Shown: one piece after another, positions 18,601-25,938 of the stretch
How the letters are laid out: every line of letters begins with the position of its first letter
Numbering within the stretch: the first letter of the stretch is position 1
DNA from: an uncultured Chloroflexia bacterium
Lineage (GTDB): Bacteria > Chloroflexota > Anaerolineae > Anaerolineales > Anaerolineaceae
Direction of reading: 5' to 3'
Assembly: GCA_963704755.1 (NCBI GenBank)
Contig: OY969938.1
Span: forward strand, 330,001-362,000
DNA: 32,000 nucleotides
Program-made: the position numbers and the translations under genes
Notes under the pieces: model-generated
Database searches by the model: none
What the model was told of the DNA's origin: nothing
The model's input: the letters and a program-made list of their open reading frames with translations, nothing else

Positions 18601-19361
18601 TGTGCATTCAGAAAATTCAAAAGCTCGGCGTTGAAGATTTCCGGCTGGTCCACATTGATCGCGTGTCCGCCTCCCGGAATGATTACATGCCTGGCCTGGG
18701 GGATCGAAGCCGCCATCTTGTTCTGGGCCTGGACCGGAATGGTCGAATCATCCTGGCCGCTGATTACCAATACAGGCATTTTTAATTGGGGAAGCTTCCT
18801 GGCTTTATTGAAACCCGCGATCGAGATTAACGCCCGGCGGTAAACCAGGGGATTAGAGCTCGCAATCGCCTCCACCAGGTATTTCCGATATTCGGATTTT
18901 TCTGCGTCAGGAAAGACCCGCCCGGCAACCAACTCGGCTTGCGCACGCGGACTTTTTGTAAAAACCCGGTAGCTTCGTTTTAAAAAATAGCCCCACTCAT
19001 TTATACTGGTCGGCCGCAGGGAAGCGAAAGTACTCACCAGGGTCACTGTTTTGATCCGCTCCGGCTCTTGCAGGGCCATCTTCAATGCAATTGCCCCGCC
19101 CATGGATAACCCTACCAGGTGAAAACGCTCAATCTGCAATTGGTCCATCAGCTTGCGCAGATCATGGATCACATGGTTGAAATTCCAGGAAACCCCTTCG
19201 AACGAAGATTCCCCGAAACCCGGTAAATCCGGAGCAACCGAACGGTAGCCATTTTGATTTAGTGCTTCGATTTGGAAATACCAGGAACGAGAAATTGCAC
19301 CTAATCCGTGCAAGAAAAGCACTGTTTCGCTGGCGTTAATCCCTTCATCCAGATAAAACAA
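18588..19361 (-). CDS. Alpha/beta-fold hydrolase
   Basis: VLFLHGLG oxyanion region, nucleophile elbow GLSMGG, C-terminal [11 protein letters not shown] (catalytic His). TTG start 19359-19361 with AGGAG 8 nt upstream. The 3' end overlaps the convergent gene by 13 nt. Confidence 0.85.
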   Translation of the reverse strand: MFYLDEGINASETVLFLHGLGAISRSWYFQIEALNQNGYRSVAPDLPGFGESSFEGVSWNFNHVIHDLRKLMDQLQIERFHLVGLSMGGAIALKMALQEPERIKTVTLVSTFASLRPTSINEWGYFLKRSYRVFTKSPRAQAELVAGRVFPDAEKSEYRKYLVEAIASSNPLVYRRALISIAGFNKARKLPQLKMPVLVISGQDDSTIPVQAQNKMAASIPQARHVIIPGGGHAINVDQPEIFNAELLNFLNAHQDN

Positions 19362-19600
19362 ATCGTTTTCTCCTGGCCTGGATCCACAGAATGATAAGAG
19401 CCGGACACAAACTAATCACTGAAGAGTTCAATTCAGGTGAATTTGTCTGGTAAAGCAGCCTATCCACACCGGGGGATGCATTTTTGAACCGGTTGAGCTG
19501 CCCAAAAAGAAAGGGATGCAATCACCCGGCCCGGATTGATCGAAAACCGGGGTGCTTTCAAATAGTGAGGATATAATACTCCTTAAATCTGGAGGTGCAA

Positions 19601-20884
19601 ATGGAAAAGTTCATCATTGAAGGGGACATTCCTCTCCATGGAGAGGTTACCCCGGCCGGAAACAAGAACGCGGCGTTACCACTCCTGGCGGCCAGCTTGC
19701 TCACCGACGAGCCCATTCTCTTGCACAACATCCCTGATATTCTCGACATTCGCGCAATGCACGCCTTGTTGGAAAGCCTGGGCGTAGAAATCCAGGTGGA
19801 GGATACCCATACCTGGCGAGTTACCGCGAAAGAAGTCCATCCGGCCGACCTGGATCCGGATATTACTCGCAAAATTCGCGCTTCGATCCTTTTAGCCGGC
19901 CCAATGATTGCCCGTTCAGGGGAAATAAGCCTGCCCCCTCCTGGCGGTGACGTGATCGGCCGGCGCCGGGTGGATACCCATATTCTGGCCTTGAGTAAAT
20001 TAGGGGCCGAATTCAGTTATGACGACCGTTTTTTTCAATTCAAAGCCAAGCAATTACATGGCGCCGATATTTTATTGGATGAGGCCAGCGTGACTGCCAC
20101 CGAAAATGCCATAATGGCCTGTATCACTGCCAAAGGCGAAAGCGTGATCCGCAACGCCGCCTCCGAACCTCATATCCAGGAATTGTGTTATTTCCTCAAT
20201 GAATTGGGCGGCAAAATTGAAAACATCGGATCGAATACGCTGCACATTAGCGGAGTAGATAGGCTGCATGGGGGTGAATTCACGATCGGCCCGGATTACC
20301 TGGAAGTGGTCAGTTTCATCGGCGCCGCAGTAGTGACCCACGGCTCGATTACCATCCGCAATGCCGGCAACCAGTATCTGGATATGATCCGGTTGGTCTT
20401 TAACCGGCTGGGGGTAGTCTGGGAACCGCGCGGGGAGGATTTGTTTGTCCCGGCTGAACAACCGCTCGAGATCGAACCGGACCTGGGCGGGGCCATTCCC
20501 GAGATCAGCGTCATGCCCTGGCCGGCCTTCCCGACCGATTTGATGAGCATCGCCCTGGTGGTCGCCACCCAATCCAAGGGCACCGTCCTGTTCCACGATT
20601 GGATGTATCCCAGCCGCATGTTCTTTACCGACAAACTGGTTGGGATGGGTGCCCAGGTGGTCTTGTGCGATCCACACCGTTGCATCATCCAGGGACCGAC
20701 CAAGCTCTACCGCGAAAAAATGGAAAGCCCGGACATTCGCGCCGGAATGGCGCTGGTTTTGGCTGCCCTCTCCGCCCCTGGTAAATCGACCATTCGTAAT
20801 ATTGGGCAGATCGATCGTGGTTACGAAAAAGTTGACGAAAAATTGGCTGCGCTTGGCGCCCAAATTATTCGTGTCCAGGAATAA
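19601..20884 (+). CDS. murA: UDP-N-acetylglucosamine 1-carboxyvinyltransferase (MurA), Asp-type active site
   Basis: MEKFIIEGDIPLHGEVTPAGNKNAALPLLAASLL..., then LPPPGGDVIGRRRVDTH, with a C-terminus ...IDRGYEKVDEKLAALGAQI. GGAGG 19591-19595 is 5 nt upstream of ATG 19601; the track's GTG 19595 overlaps the SD. A TATAAT lies at 19572-19577 without a good -35. Confidence 0.93.
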   Translation: MEKFIIEGDIPLHGEVTPAGNKNAALPLLAASLLTDEPILLHNIPDILDIRAMHALLESLGVEIQVEDTHTWRVTAKEVHPADLDPDITRKIRASILLAGPMIARSGEISLPPPGGDVIGRRRVDTHILALSKLGAEFSYDDRFFQFKAKQLHGADILLDEASVTATENAIMACITAKGESVIRNAASEPHIQELCYFLNELGGKIENIGSNTLHISGVDRLHGGEFTIGPDYLEVVSFIGAAVVTHGSITIRNAGNQYLDMIRLVFNRLGVVWEPRGEDLFVPAEQPLEIEPDLGGAIPEISVMPWPAFPTDLMSIALVVATQSKGTVLFHDWMYPSRMFFTDKLVGMGAQVVLCDPHRCIIQGPTKLYREKMESPDIRAGMALVLAALSAPGKSTIRNIGQIDRGYEKVDEKLAALGAQIIRVQE

Positions 20885-20912
20885 ATAATCCCGGTGTCCC
20901 GGGATTATTTTG
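20884..20912 (+). terminator. Rho-independent terminator of murA
   Basis: AATAATCCCGG (20884-20894) - TGTC - CCGGGATTATT (20899-20909), followed by TTTG. It starts at the last base of the murA stop codon. Confidence 0.7.
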
Positions 20913-20940
20913 CCTAATAGAACGTGTCATTAAAATAATA

Positions 20941-20980
20941 GTGTTTGGTTTTTAGCGACAAAGCCCTAAAAACCAAACAC
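20941..20980 (-). terminator. Probable trxA terminator hairpin (13-bp stem)
   Basis: GTGTTTGGTTTTT (20941-20953) pairs with AAAAACCAAACAC (20968-20980) across a 14-nt loop. On the minus strand it is followed by TATTATTTTA. A smaller hairpin, AACGTTT-TTCT-AAACGTT, lies between it and the trxA stop. Confidence 0.45.
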
Positions 20981-21013
20981 TCGAACGTTTTTCTAAACGT
21001 TGCTTCTGGTTAA

Positions 21014-21370
21014 TTAATTCACATTCGGTGCAGCCGATTGGACAACTTCCATGAATTGTTCCAGTACGTCGCGCAGCATGGCCTCTGGTAAAGCGCCTAC
21101 CTGGCGATGAACTATCTTGCCATTTGCGACAAACAGCATCGTCGGTATGCCTTGCACGCCATAACGGGTAGCCCATTCCGGGTTCTCATCGGTGTTTACT
21201 TTGGCTACCATTAATTTTCCCGAATATTCGTTGGCGATTTTCTCTAGTATAGGCGCAACCATCCGGCATGGGCCGCACCATGGTGCCCAGAAATCAACTA
21301 TAACGGGGATATTCGATTGTAAAACTGCTTTTTCAAAAGCTGCATCGGTAACATGTACGGGTTCGGTCAT
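21014..21370 (-). CDS. trxA: Thioredoxin
   Basis: VIVDFWAPWCGPCRMVAP active site, about 118 aa. AGGAG lies upstream of ATG 21368-21370. Confidence 0.93.
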   Translation of the reverse strand: MTEPVHVTDAAFEKAVLQSNIPVIVDFWAPWCGPCRMVAPILEKIANEYSGKLMVAKVNTDENPEWATRYGVQGIPTMLFVANGKIVHRQVGALPEAMLRDVLEQFMEVVQSAAPNVN

Positions 21371-21496
21371 TTGCTTATCTCCTGCTAGAGAATAGATCTA
21401 AAAGTAGTATATCATGCTCAATAATTATAGATGCAAACCGGATAACAAAAGTTGCAGGGGATATAAAAGTCGTTCCCGTCAGCTACAGAAACCTAT

Positions 21497-21688
21497 TTAT
21501 TTTCCCGTTTCCCGGTGATCGGTTGTATAAAAACCGCTGCCTTTATAGATTATATGTGGTGTAGTAAAGACCTTACGAACATGGGTATGGCCTTCCGGGC
21601 AATGGACATCAGGGCCCGAATCGCCCATTTTCAAGCGCACGTCGAACTCACGCCCACAATCATTGCAATGAAACCGGTACGTTGTCAT
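21497..21688 (-). CDS. FmdB-family zinc-ribbon protein (putative regulatory protein)
   Basis: MTTYRFHCNDCGREFDV... (first CxxC knuckle) and a C-terminal GSGFYTTDHR tail are typical of the FmdB/CxxC_CxxC_SSSS family. The second knuckle is CPEGH rather than CxxC. AGGAG lies upstream of ATG 21686-21688. Confidence 0.7.
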   Translation of the reverse strand: MTTYRFHCNDCGREFDVRLKMGDSGPDVHCPEGHTHVRKVFTTPHIIYKGSGFYTTDHRETGK

Positions 21689-21843
21689 TATTCAACTCCT
21701 GCTGTATTCATCAAGGACTGCCGGGGAATCCTTCCTGGCAGCCCTCATTAAACTATCGCAATTTAAGCGTACTCAATTCTCATTAAAATACCGCAAAAGA
21801 AATATTAATTTTTTGTAACTTTTCAGGTTTCTGTTTATAAGTA

Positions 21844-21898
21844 CCCAAAATTGAGTTGTTTGCGAGGGCAAAACCCTCGCTAACAACTCAATTTTGGG
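21844..21898. repeat. Long near-perfect inverted repeat / hairpin (24 bp stem, 5-nt loop)
   Basis: CCCAAAATTGAGTTGTT-t-GCGAGGG-CAAAA-CCCTCGC-t-AACAACTCAATTTTGGG. It lies 87 nt downstream of the response-regulator stop on the minus strand. No U-tract on either side. Confidence 0.6.
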
Positions 21899-21984
21899 GT
21901 TCGTTCCATGCAGGCCAAGCAGCTACTATTGTTTTGTATTTTCTGCCGGAATGCGGCGAGGGTTTGTTTCAGATTGACCTTTAA

Positions 21985-22722
21985 CTAACTCTCCGCTGCG
22001 GCGGTTGCCTCGCGGTTGAAATCTACAAATCGATATCCCACCCCGCGTTCGGTCAGGATGTATTTTGGATTAGCCGGGTCCTTTTCGATCTTTTGGCGCA
22101 GATAATTAACGTACAGGCGCACATAATGCGGCTCGTCGCGATATTCGTACCCCCACACCTTCGAGAGCAACTGGTCGTAAGTCATCACCCAGCCGGCGTT
22201 CTGCACCAGGTGATAGAGCAAGCGATACTCGGTTGGCCGTAATTTGACCAGCTCTCCGTCCACCCAAACTTCCCTGCGCCCAAAATCGATTTTCAACCGA
22301 TCGTCGATATTGAACACATCTTTGGATACAAACCCGGTCGATTCGGTCCGGCGCAGGACGGCTTTTACCCGGCTGACCAATTCCCGTGGGCTAAACGGTT
22401 TGGTGACGTAATCATCGGCGCCCAATTCCAGCCCCTTGACCCGATCGTCTTCTTCACCCTTGGCCGTCAGCATAATCACCGGTACCGAACTGATCTCGCG
22501 GATCAATTTCAAAACCTCGAACCCGTCCAGGTCCGGCAGCATCACATCCAGAACGACCACATCCGGCATGGCGTCGCGTAACTGATGAATGGCGTCCAGC
22601 CCGCGATATGCTTCGACCACCTGAAAACCATCTTGTTCCAGGTTAAGCCGGATAAATCGAGCCATTCTTTCTTCATCATCGACGACCAGAATGACCCGAT
22701 TTCTGAAAGAATCATCTTGCAT
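21985..22722 (-). CDS. OmpR/PhoB-family response regulator (receiver plus winged-helix), no adjacent histidine kinase
   Basis: Receiver residues are intact: VVDDEE, VVVLDVMLPDLDG (acceptor Asp), IMLTAKG, YVTKPF. The C-terminal winged helix has LRPTEYRLLYHL...YVRLYVNYLRQKIE...TERGVGYRF. ATG lies 4 nt after the upstream stop, with AAGGGAG inside the upstream gene. Confidence 0.92.
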   Translation of the reverse strand: MQDDSFRNRVILVVDDEERMARFIRLNLEQDGFQVVEAYRGLDAIHQLRDAMPDVVVLDVMLPDLDGFEVLKLIREISSVPVIMLTAKGEEDDRVKGLELGADDYVTKPFSPRELVSRVKAVLRRTESTGFVSKDVFNIDDRLKIDFGRREVWVDGELVKLRPTEYRLLYHLVQNAGWVMTYDQLLSKVWGYEYRDEPHYVRLYVNYLRQKIEKDPANPKYILTERGVGYRFVDFNREATAAAES

Positions 22723-22726
22723 AGCT

Positions 22727-22966
22727 TCACTCCCTTACGAAGGTGATGATATCTTCTTCTTCGCCAACGGGGATTATCTCAATGTAAGAAACGCGGGTAA
22801 ACGGCCAGATCACCGTGGTCACATTTGGTTCCAGATAAGGCAGGTCCTTGCCATCCTTTTTTCGAGGATTTTTCACTACCAATAAAGTGTCGTTTGAGGT
22901 AGGGAGCGAATCGACTTCACCAACAACAGGATCCTCATTAATAATGTGGATGATTACACTTGGCAT
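22727..22966 (-). CDS. Hypothetical 79-aa cytoplasmic protein, translationally coupled to the response regulator
   Basis: ORF MPSVIIHIINEDPVVGEVDSLPTSNDTLLVVKNPRKKDGKDLPYLEPNVTTVIWPFTRVSYIEIIPVGEEEDIITFVRE. Non-repetitive, beta-strand-like composition. Embedded in the operon, 26 nt after the FHA gene and 4 nt before the RR gene. I recognise no family. Confidence 0.55.
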   Translation of the reverse strand: MPSVIIHIINEDPVVGEVDSLPTSNDTLLVVKNPRKKDGKDLPYLEPNVTTVIWPFTRVSYIEIIPVGEEEDIITFVRE

Positions 22967-22992
22967 AATATCGTTTCCCGGCCTGGCTGCCT

Positions 22993-23524
22993 TTACTTAT
23001 GGATAATCAACTGGATCTTGAGTTTCCCCAAGGCAATAATATCACCATGTTTAACAGGATAATCGACATGCGGGACAATTTTTTGGCCGTTGACTCGCGT
23101 CCCATTGGAAGAACCCAGGTCCATGATGGAAATCCGCTGTGGACCTACTTTTAATCGATGCGTGCAGCCGTGAAACGCCCTGGGAATATGCCTCGAATTC
23201 CGAAAGGTCCACATCCGGCAAGATCGGCTGTCCTTCGGCGATCCGCCCGAGCGAATATTCCGACCGGCCGCTCAGATTGTACAGCTTTCCCGAATCGACC
23301 ATGCGTAAAGAGACCATCGATTCGTCTTCTTTGGTCAATACAGGTTCCGATTGAGCTTCATCGAGGTGGGCATTTCTCAGTACGTCGGTATTGAGAATAT
23401 CCGAATGAATCCGATCGAAATTTTGAGTAGTCAGAGCATCGGCTGAAACCAGCTGAGCTCCACATTCACTACAAAATAATGCGCCAGGCAATTCTTGGTG
23501 GTGGCAATTAGGGCAGAGGATCAT
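22993..23524 (-). pseudogene. Zinc-ribbon::FHA-domain protein interrupted by a +1 frameshift in a T4 run (track ORFs 23051..23524 and 22993..23214)
   Basis: The N-terminal part has the ribbon CPNCHHQELPGALFCSECG and the first half of an FHA domain, YSLGRIAEGQPILPDVDLSEF..QGVSRLHASIK. The other frame continues VGPQRISIMDLGSSNGTRVNGQKI...GDIIALGKLKIQL, the second half of the FHA domain. Removing one T from TTTT 23149-23152 joins them into a 176-aa protein. ATG 23522-23524 overlaps the upstream stop (ATGA). Confidence 0.75.
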
Positions 23525-24996
23525 GAATCGCTTCCCTCCGGTTCGGGTAACAAAAGTAATGCGCGAGTCCCATATTTAATCTTTTTATCGCCTTCTTTAC
23601 TAAACTGGTGCGTACGTTGAATATGTTCGGCTTCCATCAAGACCGTCCGCGCCAGTTCTCGATCGCCTTGCGATAACAAGTGAGTAGCAAGGTACTGTAA
23701 ATGGCGGGCAGCCTGGTGGTAATTCCCTCCCTTAACCTCGGTTTGGGCTCGTTCCTGCAAGCGATAAAGCGTAAGCCGTGACATAGCCTGTAATATATTA
23801 GTGGGTGGTTTTTCACCCAGATTATGGTCTTTAATGGGCAGAGATAGGTTAATATCGTATCGCGAATATGGAATTGGGTTGGAGGGAACTTCCATTAAAA
23901 TTTTACCGCGTATCAGCTCAAATTCAGAGACATTTTTAGGAACTGGTGGAACTTTGAACTCGAGAATCAGGCTGGTTTTGTTTCCGAAACCAATCGTCCC
24001 GACCGGAACCGGCGATTTACCCATTAATGGGGATAGCTCCGGCTGGATCCGGAATATGTAACGCAGCTCCACGTCATCTCCCACTTCGAAATGGAACTCA
24101 ACCTTGTGGGCGTAGCTGATATTGAATGAGTTCATCTTCTCGACGATATATCGAGAAAGGTCAGATCCGTTTTTTACAAAAATAGCATTCCCGCCACCGG
24201 CAGTGGAGAGCTTGTCCAGGAAATTATCGTTCCATTCGTGGCCAATACCAAAACTGGAAATCGAAAAGCCTTCTGCCCAGGCTTTGGCTGCCAGTTCCAG
24301 GCAAGCTTCTTCATCCCCGTAGGTATGCCCGTCGGTGATCAAAATTAAATGTTTGGATTCGTTTTCCAGGGTAGCCTGGCGCATGACCTGGTAACCCATT
24401 TCTAGCCCCTGGAATATTTCGGTAGCGCCGTTTGGCTGGATCTTGAAGAGCATGTTTTTGAGCAAATGGGGCTCGGTGACCGCCGCGGGTGAAACCACCA
24501 CTTCGGCCCGGTCGCTAAAAGACACAATTCCCAGGGTATCTTTCTTGCGCATTTTGCCCAATAAATCGACGATATTCGAGCGTACCATATCCATTCGCTC
24601 GCCGGCCATCGAGGTCGATCGGTCGATAATCAGGCAAATGTGGATGGGCGGCAGGTCCGATTTTACGATCGGCCGGCTGCATTCCATTTCCAGCAGCGCG
24701 TAGAATAGCTGGGGCTCATCCATTTTCGGGATGCCCGTTTTGCTAAAATAGGCCTTCAGGTTGATCTCCGCCGGCTTGAGGGTGCCGGGTGGCAGCGAAT
24801 AATCATAAGATTTCCGCTTTTCAGCCACAGACAGGACCTCGTAGGCCTCTTTTGCCTGGGTAAAGATTTTTTCAGCATCTTTATCCGGGTTTACATCCGG
24901 GTGAAAGCGTTTAGCCGCCTCGAAATAAGCCGCCCGAATTTCTGCGGGGGTTGCATCGACCGGCAGTTTTAGAAGATTATAATAATTCATCCCCAA
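23521..24996 (-). CDS. J-domain (DnaJ-like) :: von Willebrand factor A domain fusion protein
   Basis: J domain NYYNLLKLPVDATPAEIRAAYFEAAKRFHPDVNPDKD...AYEVLSVAEKRKSYD, with HPD at 24895-24903. vWA MIDAS DRSTS at 24610-24624, plus LILITDGHTYGDEE. The C-terminal about 200 aa look beta-rich and then helical. No TM segment. Confidence 0.85.
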   Translation of the reverse strand: MGMNYYNLLKLPVDATPAEIRAAYFEAAKRFHPDVNPDKDAEKIFTQAKEAYEVLSVAEKRKSYDYSLPPGTLKPAEINLKAYFSKTGIPKMDEPQLFYALLEMECSRPIVKSDLPPIHICLIIDRSTSMAGERMDMVRSNIVDLLGKMRKKDTLGIVSFSDRAEVVVSPAAVTEPHLLKNMLFKIQPNGATEIFQGLEMGYQVMRQATLENESKHLILITDGHTYGDEEACLELAAKAWAEGFSISSFGIGHEWNDNFLDKLSTAGGGNAIFVKNGSDLSRYIVEKMNSFNISYAHKVEFHFEVGDDVELRYIFRIQPELSPLMGKSPVPVGTIGFGNKTSLILEFKVPPVPKNVSEFELIRGKILMEVPSNPIPYSRYDINLSLPIKDHNLGEKPPTNILQAMSRLTLYRLQERAQTEVKGGNYHQAARHLQYLATHLLSQGDRELARTVLMEAEHIQRTHQFSKEGDKKIKYGTRALLLLPEPEGSDS

Positions 24997-25005
24997 AATA
25001 GCGGC

Positions 25006-25902
25006 TTAGATGTATTGCACGATAACTACGCTGATGTTATCCGGTCCGCCGGCCGCATTGGCTGAATCGACCAGGTTTTTACATGCTACCGATGGGTTTC
25101 GCGCGCTGGTGACGATTTGGAACACTTCGTTCTCAGAAACACTCCCCCACAAGCCATCGCTGCATAATAACATGTAACCCGGATGTGGCATAGGGAAGGA
25201 TTGAATATCCGGTTTAAAAGGTTCCGTCTGGCCCAACGCCCGGTACAACACATTCCGATTGGGGTGGACCGCTGCTTCGGCCTCGGTAATCTGGCCCAAC
25301 TCGACCAAGCGCCGGACCAGAGAATGATCGTGTGTAATCGCCTGCATACGGCCATCCGTGAAAATGAAATACGCCCGGCTGTCACCCACGTGGGCAATCG
25401 TGACTTGCTCACCGATCACCAGGGCTGCCGTTAAAGTCGTGCCACCACCCGGTGCTTTACGGCTGACGACCTGCTGGGCTTTTGCAACCCCGGCTTCCAT
25501 AATCTCTTGCAGGCTTTCAGACGGCGATTCGGCATCCAGGCTGATGTGAGGTAAATAGACCTGTGAAAGCACGTGGTTGGCCATCGTGCGGGCCGCTACG
25601 CTGCTGGCAATTTCACCATATTCATAGCCACCCATCCCATCCGCGATAATAAACAGGCCAAACGGAATTTCGATCGTCCCATCCGCCAGCAAAGCGCTCA
25701 TAGTAAATATCGCGTCTTCGTTATGGTCCCTTTGCAGGCCCACGGACTGGCCGCAGCCCACCAGAAAATGCGCCGGGTGCATACTGACCGGTTTGACGGA
25801 TACTGCCTGCAACTGGTCCTCAGTCAACGGCGCGGTTTGGACGTCGGTACTCTTTGGTTCCGTTGTTTCCTTACGGAATAATTTTTTGAAAAAGTTAGCC
25901 AA
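25006..25902 (-). CDS. PP2C-family Ser/Thr protein phosphatase
   Basis: RDHNEDA, FIIADGMGGYEYGEIAS, LLCSDGLWG and GGPDNISVVIV motifs. No C-terminal TM segment. The stop is 9 nt before the next gene's ATG. Confidence 0.9.
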   Translation of the reverse strand: MANFFKKLFRKETTEPKSTDVQTAPLTEDQLQAVSVKPVSMHPAHFLVGCGQSVGLQRDHNEDAIFTMSALLADGTIEIPFGLFIIADGMGGYEYGEIASSVAARTMANHVLSQVYLPHISLDAESPSESLQEIMEAGVAKAQQVVSRKAPGGGTTLTAALVIGEQVTIAHVGDSRAYFIFTDGRMQAITHDHSLVRRLVELGQITEAEAAVHPNRNVLYRALGQTEPFKPDIQSFPMPHPGYMLLCSDGLWGSVSENEVFQIVTSARNPSVACKNLVDSANAAGGPDNISVVIVQYI

Positions 25903-25938
25903 GGTACCTCCGCTTTGGGGGAAGAATGGTGGGATAGG

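Noticed and set aside
20072-20863. 263-aa minus-strand ORF (and 20296..20703)
   Set aside because: It is antisense to murA, whose identity is unambiguous.
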